Part shown: positions 19,296 through 29,615 of the stretch, piece by piece
How positions within the stretch are numbered: position 1 is the stretch's first letter
Layout: every line of letters begins with the position of its first letter
DNA from: an uncultured Planctomycetia bacterium
Lineage (GTDB): Bacteria; Omnitrophota; Gorgyraeia; B26-G9
Assembly (NCBI GenBank): GCA_964437495.1
Contig: CAYTGV010000001.1
Location: 28,552 to 92,551, forward strand
Reading direction: 5' to 3'
Length of the DNA: 64,000 nucleotides
Notes under the pieces: generated by a model
The model's input: the letters and a program-made list of their open reading frames with translations, nothing else
What the model was told of the DNA's origin: nothing
The model's database searches: none
Translations under genes and position numbers: made by a program

Positions 19296-20465
19296 CTAAG
19301 TAATCTCATTTTCCGTTAAATAACAGCAGGGATCTTCCTCCCATAGATCATTATGAACAACAAGCGCTCTGATTCGGCATCCGCCGCAATATGACTTATA
19401 CTGGCAGCGACCACATTTACCCTTCAAATGACTTGCTTTAGAGCGCAGCTGACAAAGAGACTCATCGCTTTTATTAAGCCATATCTTGCTAAACTCAGTC
19501 TTTTTTATATTTCCCATCGACTCCTGCTGCCAAAATTGACAGGCAAAAACATCACCGGTTGGTGACACATCCACAATTTTACTGCCCGCAGAACAACCTC
19601 CGTGAAACTCTAATAATTTCAAAACCTCCGCGGCAATCTGCGGCTTTATTTTTTTCAGATAATTATATATATACACACCGTCAGCATGATTATCTACAGT
19701 AAGTATCTCAAAATCAAACTTCTGCTTATTATATTCTAAGGCACGATGTACTAAAAAATCAACAACTTTACGTCGGCCCTTATTATCAATATCAATATTT
19801 GCTATATTCTTGCCGCGTCCTGAATAGACTAAATGATACATACAAAAACGCGGAATTTTTTCTTTTATACATAAATCCAGCACAAACGGCAAATCCGCTG
19901 CATTAGCCTTGCTTATGGTAAACCTTAATCCCGTCTTGAGTCCAGCCTCCTGAGCATTAATAATGCCCTTCATTGCCATGTCATATGCACCTTTTACTTT
20001 GCGAAATTTATCATGCAGATCTTTTCGCCCGTCAATGCTGACCCCGACATAGTCCAGACCTGATTTTGCTAGTTTTTTAGCAAGCCCCTTTGTTAGCAGT
20101 GTACCATTAGTAGACAACCCCACCCTGATTTTTTTTCCTTTGGCATACTCGATCAACGGCAGAATATCCTTATGCATCAAGGGTTCTCCTCCGGAAAAAA
20201 GCAAGATAGGAATATCTATTCTAGCTAAAGAATCTATAACATTCTTGATTTGCAACGTGGTAAGCTCATTTTTATAATTTATATTCTTTGATTCAAGATA
20301 ACAATGCTGGCAATCCAGATTACAACGTCGCGTTAAGTTAAAAACCACCAAAGGACTTGATGTATTACAGCTTATAAATAAAGGATCTTTCCTTTTTTTA
20401 CTCACAGCCCTTAAGGCATCGGATATTGTCGGTTTGCCGCCTAGAAGTTTTGTGAAATTAATCAT
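19296..20465 (-). CDS. Radical SAM/SPASM haem biosynthesis protein (AhbC/NirJ1-like)
   Basis: CNLDCQHC, FSGGEP, YHLVYSGRG, TVDNHADG; SPASM CGRC..CGGC..C; next to cobA/hemD. Confidence 0.85.
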   Translation of the reverse strand: MINFTKLLGGKPTISDALRAVSKKRKDPLFISCNTSSPLVVFNLTRRCNLDCQHCYLESKNINYKNELTTLQIKNVIDSLARIDIPILLFSGGEPLMHKDILPLIEYAKGKKIRVGLSTNGTLLTKGLAKKLAKSGLDYVGVSIDGRKDLHDKFRKVKGAYDMAMKGIINAQEAGLKTGLRFTISKANAADLPFVLDLCIKEKIPRFCMYHLVYSGRGKNIANIDIDNKGRRKVVDFLVHRALEYNKQKFDFEILTVDNHADGVYIYNYLKKIKPQIAAEVLKLLEFHGGCSAGSKIVDVSPTGDVFACQFWQQESMGNIKKTEFSKIWLNKSDESLCQLRSKASHLKGKCGRCQYKSYCGGCRIRALVVHNDLWEEDPCCYLTENEIT

Positions 20466-21987
20466 TTTTTGTCCTTTTATTTAATATTGCCTTAATCAGA
20501 CCTTCAATCGTAAACACCTTTGCTACCGCAGCAGCTTTTAATCCATAACTTTGCAGTGTATTGGCAGTAACCGGCCCAATACAGGCAAATCTCTGCCTGC
20601 TTAATAATTCCTTATCTTTTTGTAAAAATTTCACAAACTGATGCACACAGCTTGAGCTGGTAAAGGTAATAAAATCAAATTGTTCAGCCTTAACAATCTT
20701 TCTCAATGTGAGGGCATTGGCTTGCTTTGGACGACAAATACTGTAAATAAACATTTCTTTGATAATCGCACCCTGCTTAGACAATTCATCTACCAGTAGC
20801 TTTCTGCCCTGTCTTGAATGAGGAATAAATATCTGCTTTTGGCAAATATCAATTTTTTTAAATTCCGCCACCAGGCTTTCCATAAAAAATTTTTCAGGCA
20901 TAATATCCGCGCTTATCCCCTTGCCCTTAAGCTCTCTTTGGGTTTCTATGCCAAGCACCGCAACTTTTGTATGAGCAAACAATCTGGCATCAAGATTATT
21001 GTTAGCTAGCTCACAAAAACAAATATCCACAACACTCCTGCTTGTAAATATTACCCAATCACTCTGTTTTATGGCATCTATCAAGTGCTTGGTATTAAAC
21101 TTGTTTGTTTTTACAACCTCAATCATAGGATAAATATAGGTTTGCGCACCAAAAGATTGCAGTTTCGAACTAAAAATTCCGGCCATTGCTTTAGGCCGGG
21201 TTATTAATATTTTCTTAGCAAACAGCGGCTTTGATTCATACCAGTTAAGTTTTTTTCTTAAATTAACCACTTTACCAATAATCACTATCGCCGGATTATC
21301 TAATTTATGCCTTTTAATAATATTTGTAATATTACAGAGCGTACCTGTCAGGGATCTTTGTTTGGGCAGTGTTCCCCATTGACTTACACACACAGGCATG
21401 TCTTTTTTCATGCCAAAATGCATTAGCTGGCTTATGATCTTTTTCAATCTGGCCATGCCCATAAAAACCACAAGCGTCCCTTTAATCTGAGCCAGTGCAG
21501 CCCAATCGATACCGCTATCCAGCTTACCAGGATCCTCATGTCCGGTGACAAAGGTTACCTGCGAAGATAGGCCCCTTTGAGTTAAAGGAATACCCGAATA
21601 AGAGGCCACAGCTATACCAGAACTAATCCCTGGGATGATTTCAAATGCCAACTTTGCTTTTTTAAGTGCAAGCGCTTCTTCACCACCGCGTCCGAATAAA
21701 AAAGGATCCCCTCCTTTAAGGCGGACTACAATCTGATATTTTTTTGCTTCCTTTATAAGAATCCTGTTTATTTCTTCCTGTTTCAAACTATGTCTGCCTG
21801 GCTTTTTTCCAGCATAGATCAGCTTTGCATGATTTGGCGCATTAACTAAAAACTCTGGAGACATTAAATAATCATAAATTATCACATCCGCGGACTTTAT
21901 ACACTCAAGCGCCGCAAGTGTTATCAAGCCCTCATTACCAGGGCCTACCCCAACCAGAAACACCTTGCCTTTAATTTTTCTTTTCAT
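20458..21987 (-). CDS. cobA: Uroporphyrinogen-III C-methyltransferase/synthase fusion (CobA-HemD)
   Basis: GVGPG, RLKGGDPFLFGRGGEE; C-terminal FTS and CIGPVTA motifs. Confidence 0.93.
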   Translation of the reverse strand: MKRKIKGKVFLVGVGPGNEGLITLAALECIKSADVIIYDYLMSPEFLVNAPNHAKLIYAGKKPGRHSLKQEEINRILIKEAKKYQIVVRLKGGDPFLFGRGGEEALALKKAKLAFEIIPGISSGIAVASYSGIPLTQRGLSSQVTFVTGHEDPGKLDSGIDWAALAQIKGTLVVFMGMARLKKIISQLMHFGMKKDMPVCVSQWGTLPKQRSLTGTLCNITNIIKRHKLDNPAIVIIGKVVNLRKKLNWYESKPLFAKKILITRPKAMAGIFSSKLQSFGAQTYIYPMIEVVKTNKFNTKHLIDAIKQSDWVIFTSRSVVDICFCELANNNLDARLFAHTKVAVLGIETQRELKGKGISADIMPEKFFMESLVAEFKKIDICQKQIFIPHSRQGRKLLVDELSKQGAIIKEMFIYSICRPKQANALTLRKIVKAEQFDFITFTSSSCVHQFVKFLQKDKELLSRQRFACIGPVTANTLQSYGLKAAAVAKVFTIEGLIKAILNKRTKND

Positions 21988-21997
21988 AAATTATCAA

Positions 21998-23455
21998 TCA
22001 AATAATATTATCAGCAACAATATTAACAAACACATCCACTATCTCAGGATCAAACTGACTTCCGGCACATCTTTTTAACTCTTCAACTGCATCTTTTTGT
22101 TTTAGGCTTTTACGATATGGCCGAACTGATACCATTGCTTTATACGCGTCGCATACAGCCAAAATACGCGCTCCCAAAGGAATAGCGTATGCACGCAGAC
22201 CTTCGGGGTAACCAGTGCCGTCATAACGTTCATGATGATAGAGCACCATAGGCAATATTTGCTTATTTATATCCATTTTGCGCAGTATAGTTGTAGACGC
22301 TATACTATGCATTTTAAGCTTCACTAATTCATCAACCGTCAATTCCTGCTTTTTTAAGAAAATGTTTTCGCTAATGGATATCTTTCCTATATCATGCATC
22401 AGCCCCGCAATCCGAAGAAGCTCTATCTGCTCAGATGGTAGATTCATTTTCTTGGCAACTTTTACTGCAAGTTGAGCAACTGCCGCTGAATACCCCTTAT
22501 GATATTCATCCTTATCCTCTACCGCGCCGACCAATGCCGTAATTGACCCTAGATAATCGTGCTTAAGTTTTAAATACCGGTTAGCATTTTCTATGCATAT
22601 TGCAGCTTGAGTAGTTACAGTCTTGACTGTTTCCAGAGTATCTTGTTGCATTGTTACCAAACTGCTGCCGACAAACAAAGCAAGCCCCATAGACTTGTCT
22701 CGAGCAATCAGAGGAAAAATAAATAATGCTTTCGGATTATTTGCCGGTATATATTTCAAGATATCCGGCCTTGTCTTAAGTTCTGGGATTAATACTGCTA
22801 AGTGTTCCTCCATTAACCTCTGGTACATCTTTTTATCCAGCCTAAACCGCCTTTGGGCTATTTCCTCTATGTTATATTCAACACCGCTCAGGGCACCAAA
22901 GAAAAATTCCTTTGACTGTTCTTCAAAAAGCAGTAAAGCACAGATCTCAATTTTTGTTATCTCAATCAAATAACGCGCTGTTAAACTGGCAATACTTTGA
23001 AGCTCAACCATCCCCTCCATTTCCCTGTTCACCTGATGCAGCAAAGAAAGATTATTTAAAAGTCTATGCTTATTGCTTTCCTCCGCCTGGACCTTTAACC
23101 CCCGCTCTATAAGATCGCTGAGCTCCTGGACTTCAAAAGGCTTGCTCATATAAGAATACGCCCCTTGATTCATTAGATTTACAGCTGTTTCAACAGAAGC
23201 AAATGCAGTAATTATAATAACAACAGTATTTGGATAGGTTATTTTTATTTTTTTCAAAATCTGCGCACCGTCCATGTCCGGCAATTTCAGGTCCAAAAGA
23301 ACAACGTCAAAACCCTCCGCAAGCCACTCAATTCCCTGCTTACCAAAAGCAGTAGTTTTAACATCATATCCCTGCTGCTGCAATATTGCCGAAAGGCTTT
23401 TTGTTAAAAGCTGTTCATCATCAATAATAAGAACCGATATCTTATTGTCCCGCAT
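21998..23455 (-). CDS. REC-GAF-HD-GYP protein
   Basis: IDDE..LLDLKLP..KP; GAF domain; HDIGK and HHERYDGTGYP. Confidence 0.9.
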   Translation of the reverse strand: MRDNKISVLIIDDEQLLTKSLSAILQQQGYDVKTTAFGKQGIEWLAEGFDVVLLDLKLPDMDGAQILKKIKITYPNTVVIIITAFASVETAVNLMNQGAYSYMSKPFEVQELSDLIERGLKVQAEESNKHRLLNNLSLLHQVNREMEGMVELQSIASLTARYLIEITKIEICALLLFEEQSKEFFFGALSGVEYNIEEIAQRRFRLDKKMYQRLMEEHLAVLIPELKTRPDILKYIPANNPKALFIFPLIARDKSMGLALFVGSSLVTMQQDTLETVKTVTTQAAICIENANRYLKLKHDYLGSITALVGAVEDKDEYHKGYSAAVAQLAVKVAKKMNLPSEQIELLRIAGLMHDIGKISISENIFLKKQELTVDELVKLKMHSIASTTILRKMDINKQILPMVLYHHERYDGTGYPEGLRAYAIPLGARILAVCDAYKAMVSVRPYRKSLKQKDAVEELKRCAGSQFDPEIVDVFVNIVADNII

Positions 23456-24381
23456 TATTTTAATCCCCTTTTCTCTGAGTTTTTTTTCGCTAAACCAAAT
23501 TTTATCTTTTTAGCCAGCCTTTGAGCGGCTATTTGAGGAAAGCCTTTACTGCCCTTAACTTGAGCTCTATAAAAATTATTTTTATTTCTTATCACAATCG
23601 CTTCGAGATACAAACCATCTGCTTTTACCCTGGCCAGAGCCCCTATCGGCACTCTACAGCCTCCCCCCATAGCCCGAAGGAATTCACGTTCAGCAATAAC
23701 CTCTATTTCCGTTTTTTTAAAATTTAACTTCTTTATTAGAGGCTTAATTTTTTTATCGCCCTTTCTGATCTGTATACCCAATGCTCCCTGAGCAGGCGCA
23801 GGCAGCATTATATCATCACTTAAATATTCTGTGATGCGCTCTGAACATCCAAGCCTTATAATTCCTGCCGCAGCAACAATTATGGCATCATAATCCCCTG
23901 TTTCAAGCTTTTTAAGACGCGTGTCCAAATTTCCCTTTATATCTATTATTTTCAGATCCGGCCTAAAAAGCAAAAGCTGCATTTTCCTTCTGGGGCTGGA
24001 TGTACCCACACAGCTGCCAATTTCCAAATCAGACAACTTTTTAGCATGTCGGGAAATCAAAACATCGCTGTATTTTTCTCTTTTTGTAATCGCAGCGATC
24101 TCAAGCCCTGGAGGCATGTCAACCGGCATATCCTTCATGCTATGCACGGCAAAATCAATTCCCCCACACATAAGCGCCTCTTCAATTTCCTTAACAAACA
24201 TTCCCTTCGCCTGATCCCCCGCCCAGGTTTCAAGATGGTCTCCGCTGGTCACGATCCCTTTGATTGCAAAATCATTATACGGAAATAATGCCTCAAGCTT
24301 TTCTACCACTAATTTTGACTGTTTCATAGCCAAAAGACTTTTGCGGCTTCCGACAATTATTTTTTCTCTCTCATTAATCAT
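23455..24381 (-). CDS. hemC: Hydroxymethylbilane synthase
   Basis: GSRKSLLA, VHSMKD, GTSSPRR, GGGC; likely start MINERE. Confidence 0.95.
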   Translation of the reverse strand: MINEREKIIVGSRKSLLAMKQSKLVVEKLEALFPYNDFAIKGIVTSGDHLETWAGDQAKGMFVKEIEEALMCGGIDFAVHSMKDMPVDMPPGLEIAAITKREKYSDVLISRHAKKLSDLEIGSCVGTSSPRRKMQLLLFRPDLKIIDIKGNLDTRLKKLETGDYDAIIVAAAGIIRLGCSERITEYLSDDIMLPAPAQGALGIQIRKGDKKIKPLIKKLNFKKTEIEVIAEREFLRAMGGGCRVPIGALARVKADGLYLEAIVIRNKNNFYRAQVKGSKGFPQIAAQRLAKKIKFGLAKKNSEKRGLK

Positions 24382-25402
24382 TAACCAACCCCTGAAGTTT
24401 AGATGCAATTTTCTTTAAATGAATATCAATAATACCTTCAATCTTATGGGCTTCTTTCAGCCTATCTTCCAGATTTGCATCCTTAATTTTTTTTAAATCA
24501 TCAAGGTTATATACATAAACATTATCAAGCGTATTTACATCCGGAGCGATATTTCGCGGCAGACCCAAGTCAATGATAAACACCGGACGGCCATTACGAC
24601 CTGAGATAACCTTCCTCAACATATCCTTGTCAAGCAAGATATGCGGCGAATTTACCGAACTGATAATAATATCCGCCTTAATTATAGCCTGCGGGAATTC
24701 ATCAAAAGCTATTGCCTGGCCTTTAAACTTTTTTGCCAGATGCTGCGCCCGTAAAAAAGTTCTATTGGCAACCAATACCATCTTTGCGCCTCTTGAATAA
24801 AGGTATTCTGCTGTTAGTTCTCCTATTTTACCGGCTCCTATTATCAATATCTTCTTTTGGGATAACCCCCCAAATATCTTACGGGCCATTTCTACGGCAG
24901 CCGTACTTATAGAAACCGCTCCATAGCCTATCTGAGTTTGAGAGCGCGCGCGTTTTCCTATCTTTATAGCCTGCTCAAAAACAAAGGGAAATACACGTGT
25001 TGCCGTGCCGGTTTGCCTGGCCTTAAAATAAGCATCCTTTACCTGCCCCAGTATCTGGGTTTCTCCTAAAATTTGCGAATCAAGGGAACTGCTTACCCTA
25101 AACAAATGTTTTACAGCATCTATGCCATTAAAATAATACAGATATTTTGCATAGGTTTTGTTTGTTATTTTATGAAATGAATTTAGAAATTCAGTTACTG
25201 CGCCATTTAATTTTTTACCGGGAAGTCCAAGCGCATAAATCTCCACCCTATTACAGGTAGAAAGGATTACTGCCTCTTGTATCTGCCTATTAGTTTTTAA
25301 CCGCGTTAAAGCCTCAGATAAAGAGGCCTTGCCAAAAGCAAACTTCTCTCTTGCCTCAATAGGCGCGGTACGATGATTAAGTCCTACTATTGTAATATTC
25401 AT
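24374..25402 (-). CDS. hemA: Glutamyl-tRNA reductase (short form)
   Basis: LSTCNRVE, SLDSQILGETQILGQ, GAGKIG, DLGLPRNI. Confidence 0.93.
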   Translation of the reverse strand: MNITIVGLNHRTAPIEAREKFAFGKASLSEALTRLKTNRQIQEAVILSTCNRVEIYALGLPGKKLNGAVTEFLNSFHKITNKTYAKYLYYFNGIDAVKHLFRVSSSLDSQILGETQILGQVKDAYFKARQTGTATRVFPFVFEQAIKIGKRARSQTQIGYGAVSISTAAVEMARKIFGGLSQKKILIIGAGKIGELTAEYLYSRGAKMVLVANRTFLRAQHLAKKFKGQAIAFDEFPQAIIKADIIISSVNSPHILLDKDMLRKVISGRNGRPVFIIDLGLPRNIAPDVNTLDNVYVYNLDDLKKIKDANLEDRLKEAHKIEGIIDIHLKKIASKLQGLVND

Positions 25403-25410
25403 AATTTAAT

Positions 25411-26226
25411 TTATAGATAAGAATGTAATCCCGGAAGCAGATAACTTACTCCCAAGTAAGTAAACATTACACAGACAAATCCGATTATTGACAATATTGC
25501 CGCTCTTTTACCTCTTGAACCGTACATCAAACGTGCATGAAGATACCCTGCATATATCAACCATGTAATAAATGACCATGTTTCCTTTGGGTCCCAACTC
25601 CACCAGCTCCCCCATGCCTGTTGAGCCCAGATTGACCCGGTAATAATTCCCACGCTTAATAAAATAAATCCAAAAAGTACCATATTGTAATTTATCGAAT
25701 CCATAACTTCCAGCAAAGGCAGCATCTCCAGCAATTTTCCTGTATGTTTAAGCTTTAACTGCCTCCCCCGCATAAGATACATAACCCCTAAACAGAAGGC
25801 ACAGGCAAAACAGGCATAACTCAAAAAACAACTCACAACATGGATACTCAGCCAATAGCTCTGTAAAGCAGGCATAAGCGGAGTAACTGTATCATCAAGC
25901 AAAGCGGAATATCCTGTAATCAAAAAAGCAAGCGGCATAATAAAAGCCCCTATTATGCTAACCCGGAATCTATATTCAATAATCAGAAAAACCAAGACAA
26001 CACACCAGGCAAACAATGCCATGGATTCATACAGGTTAGACATAGGCGGGAACCCGGAAATCTGCCATCGGACGATCAATGCCAGGCATTGCGTTAGAAA
26101 GCCCAAAATTGCCGCCCATAAAGCAATCTTGGCAAGAAAACCTTTTTTACTAATAGCATAAGCAATAAACACAACAGCGCTAATTAAATATGCAATAAGC
26201 ACCCCGACAAATAATAGTGTGTACAT
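25411..26226 (-). CDS. ccsA: System II cytochrome c biogenesis haem channel (CcsA/ResC)
   Basis: WAQQAWGSWWSWDPKETW (WWD domain) and GLHSY. Confidence 0.93.
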   Translation of the reverse strand: MYTLLFVGVLIAYLISAVVFIAYAISKKGFLAKIALWAAILGFLTQCLALIVRWQISGFPPMSNLYESMALFAWCVVLVFLIIEYRFRVSIIGAFIMPLAFLITGYSALLDDTVTPLMPALQSYWLSIHVVSCFLSYACFACAFCLGVMYLMRGRQLKLKHTGKLLEMLPLLEVMDSINYNMVLFGFILLSVGIITGSIWAQQAWGSWWSWDPKETWSFITWLIYAGYLHARLMYGSRGKRAAILSIIGFVCVMFTYLGVSYLLPGLHSYL

Positions 26227-26243
26227 ACAAATTCTCCAATAAG

Positions 26244-26873
26244 TCAGTATAATTTTAAATATGCTTTAAGGCCATCAACATTACAAATTTTTTTATTTTC
26301 GATCATTTCCAAAATATCAGGCCGCATCAATCTTTTTGCAAGCATCACCTTATGCTTATATGTGCCTTGCCCGCTATAGATATCTTTTCTTAATCCTGTA
26401 AGCTTTTTAAAATACTTTGCGTATTTTTTAAAAATAGGGCTGCAGTCTTCTTTAATCCTTTTAGACATTCCCGGAAACTTCCCTTGAGTTGAAATTGCCA
26501 TTGATAACCCCTTTCTGGACAATAAAGACGGGACATAAAAGCTGCACTCCAGAGGACTATCCACAACATTGACCAATATCCTTAAATCATTAGCATCCGC
26601 TGATATTATTTTATTTACCCACTCATCATTTGTTGCCGCAATAACAAGCATCTGCTCTTTAAGAAAAGTTTTTTTATATTTATTTTCCTTATATTGAAAA
26701 AGTTTTTTCTTCTCCATCCGCTTAAGTCCTAAGCATAATGCAGGACTCACAACAGTTACTAGAGCATTGCTTTTAAGCAAGGATCTTACTTTTCGCAAGG
26801 CTACCGCCCCTCCTCCTATTACGCAGCAAGGCAGGTTTTCAAGCTTTATAAATATCGGATAAAGTCTCATCAT
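26244..26873 (-). CDS. Precorrin-2 dehydrogenase/sirohydrochlorin ferrochelatase (SirC/Met8-like)
   Basis: YPIF, GGGAVALRK, NVVDSP and AISTQG motifs. Confidence 0.9.
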   Translation of the reverse strand: MMRLYPIFIKLENLPCCVIGGGAVALRKVRSLLKSNALVTVVSPALCLGLKRMEKKKLFQYKENKYKKTFLKEQMLVIAATNDEWVNKIISADANDLRILVNVVDSPLECSFYVPSLLSRKGLSMAISTQGKFPGMSKRIKEDCSPIFKKYAKYFKKLTGLRKDIYSGQGTYKHKVMLAKRLMRPDILEMIENKKICNVDGLKAYLKLY

Positions 26874-27421
26874 GGCTCTATTTTTTTTACTTTAAAAAAT
26901 TCCTCAATACCCCTGTGCACTTCGTCAACAACTGCACGCGATGAAACCGTAGCACCGGTAATCGCCTGGATATTACCTTTAGTTTCACCTTTTACCAATA
27001 CAATGTCCTTGAAAACCTTACCCTTGAACTGGCTCAAAAAAGCTGCCTCCTCCTGCCCATATTTCACCTCATTTATCTGAGAACCAAGGCCAGGAGTTTC
27101 CATATGTTCAAGCACCTTTACTCCGGTTATATTTTTACTGCTGTCTAATCCGACCAGAAGATTGATATCTCCTCCGTATCCTTTGCCTTTTAGAGAAAGA
27201 CACCAGCCAACAACTATTCCCTCCTTGTCATATGCCTCAAAATAAACCATCCCATTCTCATACCTTTCATATCTATGGGCACTTAAAACTGAATTCAGGG
27301 AACGAACAAGTAGCATCTTTTTCTGCTCTTCAATCCTGGGGGCTGTATTATAATAAATAACTGCCAGTGTTAATGCGCAACAAAGCGCCACAATCAATAA
27401 AGCAGAACTCAAACGCAACAT
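26870..27421 (-). CDS. rnfG: RnfG-like FMN-binding protein
   Basis: N-terminal TM; GYGG, ETPGLG and ITGATVSS flavinylation motif. Confidence 0.85.
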   Translation of the reverse strand: MLRLSSALLIVALCCALTLAVIYYNTAPRIEEQKKMLLVRSLNSVLSAHRYERYENGMVYFEAYDKEGIVVGWCLSLKGKGYGGDINLLVGLDSSKNITGVKVLEHMETPGLGSQINEVKYGQEEAAFLSQFKGKVFKDIVLVKGETKGNIQAITGATVSSRAVVDEVHRGIEEFFKVKKIEP

Positions 27422-27468
27422 ATTTTTCTCCCTGTGTTTTTTTAAAAATCATATCTGACATGATCAAA

Positions 27469-28431
27469 TTAAGCCTTTTTCTTTACCCCCAGCATTATCA
27501 ATCCCCAAAACATCAAGGCAAACCCGCTCATCACAAAACCTAATCCCGGGTCCCTGATCGACTGAATTACTGTCTCATAAACAGGCGTAATTTTTTTTAC
27601 CTTAAAATCAAAAATCCCTGTTTGGCCCTCCGTTTGCGTCATATCTGTATTAAACGGAAACACCCATTGCTCATGAACCATTACTTCTTTTCTATATACA
27701 CTTATCAGCATTGCCACATTACCCAGTTTATATGAGCGCAGTTCTATGATTCCCTGCTTATTCACTGACACATCAGGCAGGAAATGAGTCATTTTTATAT
27801 TTAAAGCATTTTCGCCTTTTAATTGCAAAGGCTTTGCATGCGCCCACAATCCTTTCCACAACAGCTTATTGTGATGGAATATTTCAATTTCAACATCAGC
27901 CAGAACATTAAAGCTCGATTGATAAAAACTAAATCCTTTATATTTAAGCGGATGATTTACCCGCAGAGAATACTCTTTTTTAAAATCTCCCCCATCGAAT
28001 AAATCAATCTGACTTCTGTATTCTTTAGCTATTTGGCCTCCCGGATAATATTCAATACTTAACTTTTTAAAAACAATTTCTACTCCCTGATCAAGCAGAA
28101 CTATCTTCTCATTAGGCAGTAAAGTATATCGCTGCTCTTGTTTTGTATATCGACTAATCAAAGCTCCCGCAAAAACGACCAAAACGCCGCAATGCAAAAG
28201 GAAAATTGCCATTTTTCGCCAATCTTTTAAAAGAACAAATTTAAAACTATTCACAGTACATACAAGAAGATTTAAACCCAGACAAAAAAGAAGCAAATTA
28301 TAATAAGAGCTGTTAAAAAAATCATCCGCCTCATGCTGCGCAATCACTGTCCCAAACATTGAACTAAGGGCAAGAATAAACAATAAAATTAAAGTTATTC
28401 TCAAAGAACCAATTTTTTTAAACATTATCAT
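27469..28431 (-). CDS. System II cytochrome c biogenesis protein ResB/Ccs1
   Basis: GTVIAQ, NLLVCT, H in TM3, VNHPLKYKG..YQSSF, RDPG. Confidence 0.88.
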   Translation of the reverse strand: MIMFKKIGSLRITLILLFILALSSMFGTVIAQHEADDFFNSSYYNLLLFCLGLNLLVCTVNSFKFVLLKDWRKMAIFLLHCGVLVVFAGALISRYTKQEQRYTLLPNEKIVLLDQGVEIVFKKLSIEYYPGGQIAKEYRSQIDLFDGGDFKKEYSLRVNHPLKYKGFSFYQSSFNVLADVEIEIFHHNKLLWKGLWAHAKPLQLKGENALNIKMTHFLPDVSVNKQGIIELRSYKLGNVAMLISVYRKEVMVHEQWVFPFNTDMTQTEGQTGIFDFKVKKITPVYETVIQSIRDPGLGFVMSGFALMFWGLIMLGVKKKA

Positions 28432-29305
28432 CCCTGCTGCTTTTATTGGCTTTCTTCTGAATAATCCTTTCGCCTAAATCTACTTTATTAAAAAACTCCT
28501 CTTTAACCTCCATTAAGCTTTCTGTTTTTCCGACAACGATAAATCCCAAGGCAACAAGAGATTTATAAAAATTGGCAAAAACTTTTTCCTGTAACGCTTT
28601 ATTAAAATAAATAAGAACATTACGACATAATATTAAATCTATAACTGAAGGCGGCTCATCACTGATCATATTATGAATCATAAATTTAACCCTCGCTTTT
28701 ATCTTGGTCTTAATAGAATACTTATCTTTATCTTTTTCTTTATCAAAATAATCATCTATTTGAGAACTCGTGAGTTCTCTTAAGGACTTTTTCTCAAAAA
28801 CACCTAGTTTTGCTTTTCTTAATGCTTCCCTATCAATATCTGTGGCAATAATATTAATTTTAAACTTTTTATTAAGCTCTTGTAGAGCTTCTTGGAATAA
28901 AATAGCCAGCGAATAAGGCTCTTCTCCCGTTGCACAGCCAGAGCTCCATATCCTTATATTATAACTTCCCATTTGCTCCTTACGCTCAATAAGCACCGGA
29001 ATAACTTTTTCGCGTATTGCCTTAAATGCCTTGGGATTGCGAAAAAACTCAGAAACATTAATCGTTATTTTATCCAGCAATCTATCGTATTGCTGCGGAT
29101 TCTTGTTCAAAAAATCCAAGAAAGCGCAGAAACTCTCAACCTCCGCATCATGCATTCCTACCACAATCCGCCTTCTGAGACATTTTGGCCGGTATTGACG
29201 AAAGTCAATGCCTCTTTTTTGATAAATATTCTGCAAAATCATATTAAAAGCACGCAATTCCTCCGGGCGCATATCCTTAAAATCTATAAAATTATCAGAA
29301 CTCAT
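28418..29305 (-). CDS. cheR: CheR-family protein-glutamate methyltransferase
   Basis: TINVSEFFR, IWSSGCATGEEPYS and CRNVLIYF motifs. Confidence 0.92.
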   Translation of the reverse strand: MSSDNFIDFKDMRPEELRAFNMILQNIYQKRGIDFRQYRPKCLRRRIVVGMHDAEVESFCAFLDFLNKNPQQYDRLLDKITINVSEFFRNPKAFKAIREKVIPVLIERKEQMGSYNIRIWSSGCATGEEPYSLAILFQEALQELNKKFKINIIATDIDREALRKAKLGVFEKKSLRELTSSQIDDYFDKEKDKDKYSIKTKIKARVKFMIHNMISDEPPSVIDLILCRNVLIYFNKALQEKVFANFYKSLVALGFIVVGKTESLMEVKEEFFNKVDLGERIIQKKANKSSRDDNV

Positions 29306-29349
29306 AATTATTCATCTTTTCTGGCAATAATAATTCTTCCGAATTATCG

Positions 29350-29613
29350 TTAACGAGGATTATCCTCAACAATTTTAATTGCTCTTACCATTTCCCGCAA
29401 TATATCCGCCTGAAACTGAACCTCTGTCTCCTTAATCTTGGTCATGATCCAGCCTTTCTCGGTTACCACATATCTGGCTGGCAGACGATTAAGTATAAGC
29501 GCCATGATATCAAGCTTACGCCTTGCGTCATTTATCCATTTTTTATCGATTTTTTTCAATTCCAGCTCTACAACATCTTTTACTACAACTTCCATATAAT
29601 TTGTAATTTCCAT
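29350..29613 (-). CDS. ComFB family protein
   Basis: NYMEVVV..DIMALILNRLPARYVV..VEDNPR. Confidence 0.85.
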   Translation of the reverse strand: MEITNYMEVVVKDVVELELKKIDKKWINDARRKLDIMALILNRLPARYVVTEKGWIMTKIKETEVQFQADILREMVRAIKIVEDNPR

Positions 29614-29615
29614 TT

